A stretch of 64,000 nt of DNA from Octopus sinensis (Eukaryota). Positions 1 to 12,930 of the stretch are shown piece after piece; position 1 is the first letter of the stretch, and every line of letters starts with the position of its first letter. The stretch is taken from NCBI RefSeq assembly GCF_006345805.1, contig NC_043002.1:28210001-28274000 (forward strand), written 5' to 3'. The position numbers and the translations under genes are program-made. Under the pieces are notes generated by a model. That model was not told the DNA's origin. It ran no database searches and was given only the letters and a program-made list of their open reading frames with translations.

Positions 1-401
1 TGGCTGTTGACCCATTTGGTGTATGAGTAAGTTTGATATCGCTGCCCTCATTTAAAACAAATCTATTGTGAGCCAGTATAAATTTAAATAAAGAAGTATT
101 ATTACCGTTATTTATGAAAATAATAAGTTGGCTAGTGATAATGATTATATTAAGGTGAGTTACTGGTGGTTTTGGGGCGATGGCTCCGATTATAGCAAGT
201 GGTATTTAAATACCCTACTAAATCTAAATTTAGTTTATATTTTGCCTATAAAGGTGTAAACTTGCTAGCCACATTACTGTTGTCATTAATAATGGTAATA
301 ATACTCCTTTTTGTGTGTGTGTGTGTGTGTGCATATATATCGTCAGTAAATCATAAATCCGAAAGAGAAGCACTCTCTAAGTTATAGGGTAGTAGAGAAA
401 T

Positions 402-947
402 TAAAGATAATTATGGCCGGTTTATGAGGTTACCCAGAATTTCACGTCCACAACGCGCCTAGATTTGCAGCGTCTCTTCAGTTCCTAATTCTATACTGGC
501 TACAACCTCTCTTCAAAGTGGAGATGGAAAAGACCTTGTGACTAGTTGTTGAACACACAAACAAAGAAGGGTTAAGGGGAAAGTATTGTCTCCCTTAGAC
601 CGCTATCTGTTTTCGACCCGGTCGGTTTCTGGGTCTCAGAACTTCCGTAGGAATCTCCTGAAGTCTAAGCACGCTCCGAAATCTTCCATCCTGAAATTTA
701 CAATGTACCCCGGGCCCAGGAATTCTTTAATATTCTCGCCCGTTCAGCTATGCACAGGTTGCAGCGCTTGCTCCCATTGATGTATGGACCCGGTTTTTCT
801 AAGATCTTCCATGTAGTCTTTTCTCCTCTACTTTGAAGAGAGGTTATAGGCCACCGGCAATTTAAGTCTGAAGAGACGCTGCAAAGCTAAGCGCTTTATG
901 GACGTGAATTCCTGAGTAACCCCAGAGAGCGGCCATAACTATCTTTA
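402..947. repeat. Imperfect ~133-bp inverted repeat pair (402-534 / 816-947) around a 281-bp interior
   Basis: taaagataattatggccgg...ctcttcaaagtggagatggaaaagac (402-534) aligns by eye to the reverse complement of gtcttttctcctctactttgaagag...gcggccataactatcttta (816-947), with scattered mismatches. Confidence 0.8.
636..814 (-). mobile_element. Degenerate C-terminal part of a Penelope-like GIY-YIG endonuclease
   Basis: Minus-strand translation TWKILEKPGPYINGSKRCNLCIAERARIL, then a frameshift, then ...GYIVNFRMEDFGACLDFRRFLRKF*. This resembles the WxIL..PY....KRCxLCxxE...LN tail recalled from marine-invertebrate PLEs. Confidence 0.5.
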
Positions 948-1239
948 TCGAATTATATTAATTGTAATAAAGGGTAAAAATCATGAATGATTTTACCAGG
1001 GGGTCAGCGCGGAATTAAAAACCTTATAGGTAAATTTTACAAATATTTTAATAACCATATACATTATTATAAAAAGGGATTGGCTATAAGCCTCTCAACG
1101 CGCTAGAAAAATAGACGCCAAAAGACGCTATTACCACATTTAAAACTCCGAAAAATAAAATATGGGCTGTAGTTGAGCAAAAGAAATATTATGAATTAAG
1201 CTTTTGGTTAACCGTGTACAAGACCCTGTTTCAATCTTA

Positions 1240-1490
1240 AAGTAAATATAAGGAGAATTCACAAAAAACAAAAGACGAAGACAGGTGGTGTAGACAACAA
1301 ACAGATGTATTAATTTAAGGCTCGGGAAGTGAAAAAGTTTTTAACGTTTCGAGCCTACGCTCTTTCACAGAAAGGAACACCGAAAGAAACAAGGAGAGAA
1401 AATAAAGACTGTGTAGTGGCTAGCGATCTATCATGGCAATTGCCGGATAGAGGGGTCACACAGGAGATCTAGGAAGAAGAGGAGATAATA
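1240..1490 (-). mobile_element. PLE 3'/pLTR-like fragment with hammerhead-like motif (same family as 21690-21950 and 57985-58170)
   Basis: Shares gagcgtaggctcgaaacgt and the downstream ...ccacctg(t/c)cttcgtcttttg with the copy at 21.8 kb, and gagcgtaggctcgaaacgt plus cttcgtcttttg with the copy at 58.0 kb. Confidence 0.65.
1337..1375 (-). ncRNA. Degenerate minimal type I hammerhead ribozyme-like motif
   Basis: Minus strand reads CCUUU CUGUGAA A GAGC guag GCUC GAAA C GU U AAAAAC. Stem II and GAAACGUU are intact but the core is degenerate. Confidence 0.4.
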
Positions 1491-1504
1491 AAGTATATAT
1501 ATAT

Positions 1505-2040
1505 ATATATTTATTTTGATTTCTCGTATTGTATTTTATTTCTCGTTTTGTATTTTCTTGTACATGTATTTTTAATTTTGTATTTTTATCTTGCATTTTA
1601 TTGTGCAGTTCTATTGTTACGTCCCTTTTTGTGTTACATTTTTTTCGTGCTTGTTTTACCCCTCTGCGAGGTTATTTTATTTTAATTCTCTCGCAGGAAG
1701 GCTTAGTATTGACGAGTCGTGTCCTGACTTGCCTTCGAAACACGCTAAGTCTACTAGTGACAGCTGATGAAGGGGATTTTTCCTTGTGTGGCATGTCCTG
1801 TACGTTGTTTTTCTGTTGTAAATAATGTTTTTCCCGTTTTCGTTCTCGTCCTGTTCCACGTCTCTGTCCTTCTGTTGTAACAAAATGGCTTTTCCGTTTT
1901 CGTTTCTGTTGAGTTTTACGTCTCTTTGTGGTGTCCTGTACGTATATATATTTATATATGCATGTATATATACATGTAGATGTCGGTACGTACATATATG
2001 TTTGTATATATGCATATATTTTATTTTTTACACTATATAT
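1505..2040 (+). mobile_element. Interspersed non-coding repeat (second copy at 22690-23128, opposite strand), possibly a PLE terminal fragment
   Basis: Both copies share the collinear blocks tcgcaggaagg, ttcgaaac, ctgaNgaagggg, tgtcctgtac and gtacgtacatatatgttt; both end next to (TA)n. Confidence 0.55.
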
Positions 2041-2183
2041 ATATATCACGTGACCGACCAGTCCATCAGATGTAGTTACACATCGCTGGTCACTATGCGT
2101 TCGTATTGTTTTAGCCTTCGAATGACGCCACCCCGCTGGCTAAGCGAGCAGGCCAACATATATATATATATATATATATATAG

Positions 2184-2550
2184 TCTTTACTCTTTTACTT
2201 GTTTCAGTCATTTGACTGTGGCCATAATGGAGCAGGGACTTTAGTCGACCAAATCGACCCCAGCACTTATTCTATCGGTCTCTTTTGCCGAACCGCTAAG
2301 TTACGGGGACGTGAACACACCAGCATCAGTTGTCAACCGATGGTGGGGGAACAAACACAGATACACAAACACACACACACACATATACGACGGGCTTCTT
2401 TCAGTTTCCGTCTACCAAATCCACTCACAAGGCTCTGGTCGGCCCGAGGCTATAGTAGAAAACATTTGCCCAAGGTGCCACGCAGTGGGACTGAACCCAG
2501 TACCATGTGGTTGGTAAACAAGCTACTTACCACATAGCCACTCCTGCGCC
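2184..2550 (-). mobile_element. Composite tRNA-derived SINE (CORE-like head + microsatellite spacer + tail module), near full length
   Basis: Minus strand starts GGCGCAGGAGTGGCTATGTGG (A-box-like), then GGTTCAGTCCC (B-box-like) and CCTTGGGCAA (MIR/CORE-like). Collinear with the copy at 41719-42195. Confidence 0.8.
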
Positions 2551-2908
2551 TATATATGTAATAACTATATTATGATTGACTGATTTATATACCTATACGC
2601 ATATAATTTGTATGCGCATGTATATATATGTATATGTATGATTATATATATATTGAACCTTGTATCGTGAATTTTTGATATGTTAGTAGACATTAGTATA
2701 GTATGTATGATCTGTTGAAGATTATCGTTAAAGCAATAATATTGTTGTTTCTGATAAACATAGTAGTGTATATACGTTCTAATGTATTTACATAAGTATA
2801 CGACGCATGGTATATCCAATGTTACATATTGTTAAATGGTGTTCATTAATGTGTTTTGCGCATGTGAATAGTATGTACGCTTTGCCTCTGTGTATGTGTG
2901 TATATATG

Positions 2909-2910
<2 letters not shown>

Positions 2911-2995
<85 letters not shown>
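2911..2995. repeat. (TA)n microsatellite (representative of many similar tracts)
   Basis: Direct reading. Confidence 0.95.
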
Positions 2996-2997
<2 letters not shown>

Positions 2998-3080
2998 ATA
3001 TTTGTTTATTGTTTATTTGTATATATTAAGTTATACGTGTAGCATGTTTAGTATATTAATATTGTTATATTTTTAAAGTT

Positions 3081-3229
3081 AATTATAATCTCTGACGAGG
3101 CCTATGGTTCTTCTAACATATAAGTATTATATTTTTTTAAATGCTTACAACCCTAGTGTGTTGACATCTATAGGCAATGAAAATTAGATTCACTTTTGAC
3201 CATAAGCTGAAACAGCTGTAAAAGTAATT
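3081..3229 (+). ncRNA. Type I hammerhead ribozyme-like motif with extended stem II
   Basis: CUGACGA at 3092-3098. Stem II is GGCCUAUGGUU (3099-3109) paired with GACCAUAAGCU (3198-3208), 10/11 pairs including two GU. GAAA at 3209-3212, palindromic stem III ACAGCUGU, GUA triplet at 3218-3220. Stem I is only partly paired. Confidence 0.6.
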
Positions 3230-3409
3230 TCTGGATTTCAATAATTTATAATATGACTTTTAAAATCTGCATTTGTATTATTATCATCTTATCTATTGAT
3301 TTTTATAATATTTTGTATGCTTTTGATGTTCTCAATTGTAAAATGAATAAATATTCTAGCATTATACTATCCGTAAGTTGAACAAACTAAATTTGTTTCT
3401 CCATTTTCT

Positions 3410-3464
<55 letters not shown>

Positions 3465-5169
3465 ATATATATGAAGTTAGCTGAATTTGTTGAACTAGAA
3501 AACACCAGCTAAAACTATTTATAACAAATTAACAAATATTTCAAAACAAATCTTATGTCTTAAGGTTTTTCCGGAAACTTCGAGCTCATTAGATCCCACG
3601 ACATATCCGTATTTTCCATGTTGTATAAGCAACTTTGAATATTATACCATAATATAACTGTAATTTCATTATTTTTGCATATGTAGTCAGTCCTTGAATT
3701 TATTTACAATTAGATACATGCTGAGTTCATCAATGCGTGTACTAAAACTTGTATATCAACACCTATGATCATAATTTTACTGCATTTTATACGATTATTA
3801 TATTCACGCAGGTGGTCAGTGTTTGATGGGGTTTTTTTACTACGATTATATCTAATTATGCAGTCATTATTTGAATTGTTATTACTATGTATTCTAATTT
3901 GATATGAGCTCAGGATAGTAATTTATGTTGTACTACAAACTATTATAGCCTCAGATATTGCTAGTGCAAATACAGATGTTGCTAGCATTTTACTACATTT
4001 TTCACTACCAATTAGTCAGTCAATCGAAACTGATAGGCGAGAAAAGGCATAAATGGACAGCAATGGATGCAACGTGGTTATTCAATCTTACCCAGTCAAC
4101 AGACAGCCTTACTTTTCCTATCTCTTTTCAGTTCGTTAATGTTAGTAAGCAACCCTCTATGCATCTTATACCGTGGATTTCTCCATCCATGACCATACTT
4201 GCTAAAGACAGAGTATAAATGTGCTGTATTACGTGCCCAAATAACTTCACCTGTTGCATTCCAATATTTGTCTACTTCGTAACTTGGCGATCATATAATT
4301 TATTGACAGAGCTAAGCTATGGGATTTACAAACAAGCTGTTAATAAATATATTTTAAATTAAAAAGAGAATTTAATTTTAATTATTTTGCTTCATAACTG
4401 TTATGTTAATTTGGATATTCTAGGTTTAGTAGTTTCCGATTCAAGGAAGTTAATCAAGCAATACACGAAAGAAAACATCAAGTAAGCAAACGCAAAAGCA
4501 ACAGTGGCATCTAATATTTTGCTGCTTGGATACGCTGGATTGATGTTTGATGACTACAAAAAGCAGCTAATATATTTTCACTGTCATATGTACAAGTGAG
4601 AATACAAATCTTAAATGTGATCTAACGTGACCGAAAGATGTCTAGGCTTATTAATGTATTTGCCAAAGGTGTCTGACGTATATCTTCATTTAAATTTTAA
4701 GCTATTGGATTTCTAAGTCACCATTAAAGCTCATAATTTTTCTTTTCATTATGGGTACAATTTTAAATTGATAACAGATTTTGTTTCCGGTTCAACATAT
4801 TGTTTGTCCCAGTATTGGTCGGTGTATGATGATTGGGGTGAATAACATAAACATGTATTAATTTAATGCCGTTTTCTTAATGAACCCATTTCTCAAGGAC
4901 ATGTAATTAATACTTCCGAAAAATATAAAGCATATTGCGAAGTTACAACCAGTTTTTCTTCTTATAAAGAAGAAAGGAGGAAGCATTTAGGACAAGTTGT
5001 AAGTCTCTAAATGCTAAGATGTGAATTTGTTGTCATAAACAAAATATTCTACATAAGAGGATTTGGCATAAAAACTATATTTCTCTTTCCTCAGAACAAA
5101 TTAATCAGATTTTGTTCTTTAAATTATTTAAATTATTTATCCTGCTAGATGTAAGTCAGCAATCATCAT

Positions 5170-5500
5170 TATCCAATTTGCATACATACGCATGAACCTG
5201 AACTTCCACCCATCTCGACTTTCCGTGCCATGTGAGAGTTCTTCTCTATGACGTCCGGTGTAAACTGATCGATGTAATCTTCACAGGGCGGTGGCCAATG
5301 CGATCACATGTCAAGACGTCCATAACAGCTCCTCGTGATTTCTCAAGCAGTGTACGTCCTCGAATTTTGGAGGATTATATTAGATATCCCAGTAATTTTG
5401 CAATGGACAGCTTACGTCAACATTTATTGAAATTCTCACATTGTATGAGAAACACAATATTCAGTAACCACCCATAAACTCAGCGTGTTATATTACATTA
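5170..5500 (-). mobile_element. Highly decayed RTE-type LINE C-terminal relic
   Basis: Frameshifted minus-strand pieces ELLWTS*H / IGHRPVK / YIDQFT / REELSHGTESRDGWK resemble the RTE tail LLW.P.HG.R..GRP..TYIDQL......EEL...M.DRDGW. Confidence 0.4.
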
Positions 5501-6045
5501 TATGAATGTTATTCAATCGATGCTGCTAATCAGCAACATGTAACGTTGACATATTTTTCTCACCTCATACATAATAGGCATAGATGATGACAATATACAA
5601 CAAATCCTATAAAGGACCTCACTTAAGATCTGATTACGGCGGACACACAATTGGTTCTTTGACTTAAACTTATTTAGCTCTTGAGAGAAAGAGACAGCAG
5701 GTGCTCATAACATCTCTGCCAGGGATACGAGGTGTATAAATTTATATTTTTACTGGAAATGAGCAAAAAATCTCTCCAAACAAAACCTTAATATCTTAAA
5801 AGAAGATTGACCGACTCGAAAAGGTAGTTCTAAATCAATTGCTCTCAAATACTGCGCGACGATTCACTGTAGTGCCGCAAGGGTTATCTAAGTATAATTC
5901 CGATTTCTAAAAATGTAATTTAAGGTTTTTAATATTGAGGGGAGCGAGCAAGTCCATTACTTCGACTTCAGTACTTGACTGGTACTAATTTTCTCAACCC
6001 CCAGAACAAGGCTATCGTAGTTATAATTTTATAATTATTATTATT

Positions 6046-6143
6046 GAGAGGGCAGTGCATACCATCAAAGTGACACTGCGGTAAAATATACGAAGCTCAG
6101 TATACCCATCATGACTACCCGTCTGATAAGGGTACACCAGGCA
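6046..6143 (-). mobile_element. 5'-truncated copy (3'-terminal ~100 nt) of the 560-bp (AAT)n-associated element
   Basis: gagagggcagtgcataccatcaaagtgacactgcggtaaaatatacgaag... matches 40134 onward and is preceded by attattattatt. Confidence 0.8.
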
Positions 6144-7761
6144 TGTGTGTGTGTCGGTGTCGGTGTGTCTGTGTGTATGTTGTATGTGCATGTGTGTATA
6201 TGAGTGTGTATGCGTGCGTGCGTGTGTGTGTGTGCGTGTGTGTACAGTGATGGATTCGAAGGTTTTATTTACTTACGAGTTGATTCAGTTTATTTACAAG
6301 TTGAAGGAGGGACGAATGGATGGTTGGATGGGGTGTTTGAGTATTTGGTCAAGAGGGAAGGCAGTGTTCATACCCCGTTAGAGGACTGTCGTGAGAGGAA
6401 GGCATTAAGGTAAACTCAAACTGAAAACCTGACTCGAATTATTGCAACAGAGGAAACTCTTCCTTAGAGTTACTACAATGTAGTGGCCTTAAACCGGGTA
6501 ATGTGATTAAGTCTACAACCCATGTATGCCATGATGGGGGATTTGAACTCTGAACGTAAAAATCCGGAACAAATGCCACAAGGCATCCAGTCCACTGTTC
6601 ATATAGTTCTGCCAATCCATTGTTATGGATCGATACCATTTCCTACGGAGCCCGAAGGTCATAAAAGGAAGCTAACTTTGGCAAGATTTGAACTGGGAAT
6701 GAAAAAAGATAAAACAAATATCAGGAAGCAATTCAGCCCGATGTTGTTAACATTTCTACCGATCCACCGCCCTGGATTGTTAGCATTTCTGTTTGTTTTT
6801 GTTTTTTTTTCTCCGGCCTGGAGAGGATAAAGTAACAAATTGTCTATGGCAGAATTTGAACTGATATAACAGAGAATCGAAACAAAAACAGTGAAGCATG
6901 CTATCCGACTCAATAACGGCTCAGCCAATTCTTCGCTTAAATTAGAGAGAAGGGAGATAGAAACAGAGAGAGAGAGAGAGAGAGAAGCAGACGGAGAGGG
7001 AGTAAGCAGAGAGAAAGAGAAAAGCAGACAGAGGGAGCAATCAGAGAGAGAGAGAGAGGGGAAAAGAAGGGGAGAGAGAGAGCATACCATATGTGAGTAA
7101 TACGAAAGTTATTGTTTGTCGATGCGTAAAACTTTGGAAATCATCCGGATAAAGTCTAGAATGTTTGAGAGTTTACTGTTGTGCAGTTTGTTCTAAGATA
7201 TGTGAGCTGTACTCTGGTGGAGGTCACACTTGTGTTTTGTAGGGATGGGGTTAGGAAAAGATGTCGTTAATAAGAGGTTGAAAACGAAAATTTAACATAA
7301 TTAAATAAGCTAAAATGATTTGTTTGTATTTGTGAACGTCACCAGGAACAACTGCTGTTCGGTCTTGTAAATTAATATAAACTTTGTCAATGCGGACATG
7401 TTTGTCAGGTAAATTATAATAAGATAGAAGGAGAGTGAAAGGGTGAGGAAGAGAAGGAAAAGAAAAAGAAGGATAGGAAACATGAGAAAGTGTCAGAAAA
7501 CGAGAAAAAGAAAGAAAAGGAAGAAAGAAATAAAGAAAAACAGAAAGAAAGAAAGAATGAATGAAAGGCGATTGATTATATATATAAAAAAAAACTAGAT
7601 GAGATTGATTGCAATAGATGATGAAAACTAATATAGGAGATGAAAGGACAAGTGATGATGATGATGGAGGAGGAGGAGGAGGAGGTGACGAAAGATAAGG
7701 AGAGAGCAGGAGGGAGAGAGAAGAGAGCAAATGAGCGGATATATATATATGTGCATGTATG

Positions 7762-7828
<67 letters not shown>

Positions 7829-7838
7829 TATATGTATA

Positions 7839-7879
<41 letters not shown>

Positions 7880-7955
7880 TACACATACATACATGCACAC
7901 ACACACAGACACATATATATATATATGCATACACACTTACACATATATATATGTA

Positions 7956-7998
<43 letters not shown>

Positions 7999-8003
7999 GT
8001 ATG

Positions 8004-8034
<31 letters not shown>

Positions 8035-8470
8035 GTAGAGAGAGAGGGGAGAGAGAAAGAGAAAGACAGAGACAGGAAGTGAGATAGAGAATTAAGAAGA
8101 AGAAAATAAAGGATCTCAGAGAAAAAGAGAGAGAAATAGAGTGAAAGAAGTGGATATACTGTGGCTGTCACTGCTTCGAGAATCGAAAGAATCGGTGAAC
8201 ACCTATGGCATCTTGCAGACTCAGAATCCGAAAACTTAACGCAATTTTCCAAGTTGTCTTTTTGAACAATTAGTTAATTTGACTAATTTGCAGTGGAACA
8301 ATTAGCAAGCTGTCAAAATCATGTGAACACATCTTTAATTAAACTTTCATCAGAAAAGTCTTTTAGTCAAGAATTTTATAAAGTAATTTGTTCTTAATTG
8401 GAAACCAAACGAGTTGATCTTTCTTCAGTGAAGAATTGGTAAAGTGAAAAATAACGGAAATACACAAGAA

Positions 8471-8526
<56 letters not shown>

Positions 8527-8724
8527 ACACACACATACACATACACACATACGCACACACATATAGATATATATATCAACAAAAAATGGTAAACAATGTA
8601 AATATAAATGACACGTAAAAAGAAAAAGAAAACGTTGAAAGAATACAAAATATATGAAACAACAATAATAGAAAGTTGTATTTTCATTTTAGTAAAAATT
8701 TTGTAAAAATTTGCTTCGTGTTAG

Positions 8725-8767
<43 letters not shown>

Positions 8768-9564
8768 TTGTGTGTGTATGTGTGTTTGTGGGTGTATTTG
8801 TATCTGTATCCATGTATGTGTCCGCATGTTGTTTGTGTATATTTTGCGTGTATGTGAAGTTTTTAAATAGATATATACCGGATATTTATCTATCTATCAG
8901 CGTATTGTTTAATTTTTTTATTATTTTCTGCTTGGCCAACTGTCTTCTTAAATATGTTCCTCTAACAAAGTCTGTGTGTGTATGTACGTAAGTGTGTATG
9001 TATGAAGGTATGCGTGTGTTTCGTTATATTTATGTTATTTCTAATCTATGAAGTCTTTCTCTATCTCTTTTTCAATCTGTCTCCCACTTTCTCTCCCATT
9101 CTCTCCCACTTTCTCTTCCTCTCTCTCCGACTTCTCTCTTTCTCTTTCTCTCTTTCTAAACAGCTCTACTGTCTCCTCTTCTATTCCTTCTCTGTTCTTT
9201 CTTCCTTCCTTTACTACAAGCCTAAAACTGAACTCATCTGTTTTTTGAAAGAAGCAAAAATACAGCCGTCAGGTATAAATATTATCACACTCTTCATATC
9301 TCTATAAGATGCTCTGAAAAATTCCAGGTTACAGACACCGAAAAGGGGTCACATAATGCAGACCCTCTGAAATAAAAGTGGTGGAGAAGTGAGCTGTGAC
9401 GTCATGTCGTAACACCTGTCAAGATGGAAGAAAACTCAAGCAAAGATTTTCCCAACCGTCTTTGATTCTTTACGTTGGATTTGAAACGAAGACAGTGGCT
9501 AATTAATTTCTATCTCGTGCACATGGTGTGTATAAATCCCCATATATGTGTGCTTGAAAGCGTG

Positions 9565-9706
9565 TATACATACATACATACATACATACATACATACATA
9601 CATACATACATACATACATACATACATGCATGCATACATACATACATACATACATACATACATACATACACACATACATACATACATACATACATACATA
9701 CATACA
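9565..9706. repeat. (TACA)n microsatellite (representative; many others, e.g. 44700-44760, 55815-55920, 57140-57410, 58170-58315)
   Basis: Direct reading. Confidence 0.95.
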
Positions 9707-10049
9707 TCTGCAAGACTTTCTAAGATATAAAGGATAACAAAAGATGTTTACTTTTGCAACCTAGCTACCATGTTGGACCGTTCAAAATTTACTCAAAACT
9801 AAAAAAAGGAATATACATACATGTGTGTGTGTGTGATATATATATGTGTGTGTTTGTGTGTGTATGTATATGTATATATATATTATGTGTGTATGTGAAT
9901 GTGTGTGCGTGCGTGCGTGTGTGTATTTATTTGTGTGTGTACGTTTGCTAGCACAAAAATTTATTTTAAAATTTAACTAACAAAGGAATCAAAATTTTGA
10001 ATTTTCATTGTTATATTCGCCAGTCTCCCGTACGAACTTTGAGAATTGT

Positions 10050-10880
10050 CGCATGTGCTTAGCCTCGGCCATCATTGATGCAACATAGGTAATCGCACTA
10101 GTCAAAGACAGTCCAGTTATAATAATCCAGTCTTTATACTTTTTCAGACATATTGTTGCTTCCACAAAATTATTGAGTCTGTCCCTCCTCTTTTAATAGC
10201 GTTAAGCTGTTATTTCTAACAAATTGCTGTTGTCATTGACGTTATTGTTCGTTCAGTCCCACGTCAAGTCACAGAAGAGACCAATAATCAAATTCTTCGC
10301 AACTGTGACCATCCTGACTGCGTTTATTCATAAACAACATTGTCAAATGTGTACCTTCATTATAAAGACAGTAGAGTTAGATTTAAACTAGATTTGGTTG
10401 TTGTTTCCAATAGATCAAACGGCTGTTAGACGCTTCGGCGTTGATGTTCCCACGTAGACACTCCCGATTTTTACGTGGCTAAACCATGTAGTTGTTTAGC
10501 ATTGTCTCCTGAACGTAACTATTCAGGGATGTTGATTTTCATAGTCCCGGAGAGGAATTATATCAAGAGGTACAAAGTTTCTTATACTCCTTTCTGGTTC
10601 ACACAATATAAAAGGTTGTCTTTAATATTCGTAAACATTTTCTGTGATCCCAGAAAAACATCATGACCAGGTTACACTGAGCCTCCTTTGTTGTAACCTC
10701 ATAGGCTTTGGTGACATGGTATATACCGATAAATCTCTCAATACTAGTTGTTCAGTGACTATTCGTTTCGACAACTCATAGTTTCAAACAATAACTTATG
10801 AAATATATAGTTGTCTCACATTTTTTCGTTTAACCATGAAAGGAAGAATATGTCCCATGGTCCTTTACTTTTTATTGCCT
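10050..10880 (-). mobile_element. Very decayed RTE-like LINE relic
   Basis: Scattered minus-strand peptides HRKCLRILK, TWFSHV and KDWIIITGLSL are in the order expected for the RTE C-terminus (FH..CLRRIL, .WFGHV, KEWTGLS). Confidence 0.3.
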
Positions 10881-11131
10881 CAAAAAATGGTTGGAGGAAA
10901 GAAGACAGTTATTTTAAAGTTGATGTTTCCATCTGGTATCAGCCACATTGGTTTCACCTATCTCAGAAGACAACCTCAACTGACAAAAATCATAGGAATC
11001 GTTCCTCCTCCGCCAGTGAGCTTATTTATCGAAGCTACAAGCGTACGAGCGTGCACGCACGCACGCACACACACGCATCTCAAGATTATGACACATATGT
11101 CTGTAGGACTATGCATATATACATGTACCTA

Positions 11132-11348
11132 CAGAAACGTTTGCACGCCGGGTGAAATGCGTAGCCGTATTTCGTCTGCCGTTACGTTCTGAGTTCAAAT
11201 TCCGCCGAGGTTGACTTTGCCTTTCATCCTTTCGGGGTCGATAAATTAAGTACCAGTTACGCACTGGGGTCGATGTAATAGACTTAATCCGTTTGTCTGT
11301 CCTTGTTTGTCCCCTCTATATTTAGCCCCTTGTGGGTAGTAAAGAAAC
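11132..11348 (+). mobile_element. tRNA-derived SINE with Deu/Nin-like central domain (family A)
   Basis: B box GAGTTCAAATTCC, central GCCTTTCATCCTTTCGGGGTCGATAAATTAAGTACC, and tail ...CCCCTTGTGGGTAGTAAAGAAA. Collinear with the other copies. Confidence 0.85.
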
Positions 11349-12079
11349 AGATATGTGCGTATGTAGAGTATAAGTATATATAGAGATAGATAAATTGGTA
11401 CATACAGACCTATCTATACACAGTTATGAAATACAAGCAACGTAAACAAATAAAGAAAATATATTTCACAACAGCAAAAGCCACTAGAGGAGTCGAGGAC
11501 ATGTGGTAGAGTTAAAGCAGTGATAATCAGCCATCAAATTAATGTCTTTCGCAATATCTTTTCATCAAATTCTACGACACGTCCATACTCCAGGCTTTGT
11601 TCTACATATTTCCTTGATTCACCGCTCTTTACGACGTAATTTTTGGTTTCAATTGGTCTTTTCTCATATTTACGTCAAAGAAGAAAGAAAGATTAGCTCT
11701 TTTCTTTTGTCCAACAAAATTCTAACTACAGTGAACATAGTGCGTGGATGTGAGGGATGATGTTAGTAAAGTTTCTGGCTGGGAATGTGCTATAAGTGAA
11801 TCTAAAGACACAGACTTCAATGAGAGTTACAAGGAGATATGTACTAATTTCTAGAATACCAGTCTTTGAAGTCTGGTGACATTTTAGGAAATATAACCCA
11901 TGGAGATTGCATAACCATAAATAGTTCTTCTAACTGGATATATTAGTTCGTGAATTGCAAAGAGATGGCCATGATATTAATAAAGAAGCAGACGAAGAAG
12001 AAGAAGAAGAAGACGAAGGAGGAGGAGGTGGTGGTGGAGGTGGAGGAAGAGAAAGGCGGAGGAGGAAAAGAAAAGAAAA

Positions 12080-12142
<63 letters not shown>

Positions 12143-12214
12143 AGAGAAACGAAAGCAAGTATTACACTAACAACTAAATATTTGTTTCCAATTTTGAAAC
12201 AAGATCAGTAATAT

Positions 12215-12400
12215 TTGATGGAACGGGGGTCGTCGACTATTACGTGACCCCAGTACTTTATCGGACCTGGAAGGATAAAAAGCAAGGTTGAGCTCGCTAG
12301 TATTTGAACTCAGAAAGCAAAGAACCGGAACAAATACCTCAAAACAATTTTTCCGATGCAATGAAGATTCTACCGGCTTGCCATTTTGCAATAACTCCAA
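12215..12400 (-). mobile_element. Diverged family A SINE (other diverged copies near 28595-28745, 33575-33733, 37165-37300, 40945-41050, 59040-59200)
   Basis: Retains gaaggataaaaagcaagg and atttgaactcagaa blocks. Confidence 0.55.
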
Positions 12401-12635
12401 TAATAACAGCAATTTGTATTTTGCAAGTCTAGAGGGCATGAAGCATATTATATTGTGTTTTCCCTAACTCTGTAACTAGAATCTCTAAATAAAAAAAAAA
12501 AGCTCTCGTTGCTAGGGCCCAGCTGGTCCCAAAATATCATCAACTATTTCATAAGAATTGTTTTGCTACCATCGTTTCTCCTCGCCAGACGATTTTTCCA
12601 TTACACATTGTTATCTTTATAGATTATTATAATTG

Positions 12636-12679
<44 letters not shown>

Positions 12680-12930
12680 TATTATTATTATTATTATTAT
12701 TATTTTATTATTATTATTATCTTTTATCACTGACTTATATTACCCTTGTTGTTGTTGTTCCATGCGTTTATTTGTCGGGACAGCAATCACCACCCCACCT
12801 AATTCACCATTCATTCTTAATAACTAAAGAAAGGGTCATCATTGCTAAAGGGATCCAGCAGCTGTCTCCTGAAATATTAAAATAACCACGGCGTTTTTTC
12901 CACCCCTCGCCTCTCTCATCAGTCACTCAC

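Noticed and set aside
2712-2760. CTGTTGAAGA, resembling the variant hammerhead core
   Set aside because: There is no downstream GAAA with a closing stem II.
7251-8252. 333-aa minus-strand ORF and the many other IYIY/MYVC/HTHT/poly-I,N,S,E,V ORFs in the track
   Set aside because: These are translations of di-, tri- and tetranucleotide microsatellites that happen to lack stops; they contain no domain content.
9397-9404. Perfect CRE palindrome TGACGTCA, near two acceptor-like sites on the minus strand
   Set aside because: A single 8-mer is expected by chance. The phase-0 frames after the acceptors stop quickly, so this is not exon 2 of the eh1 candidate.
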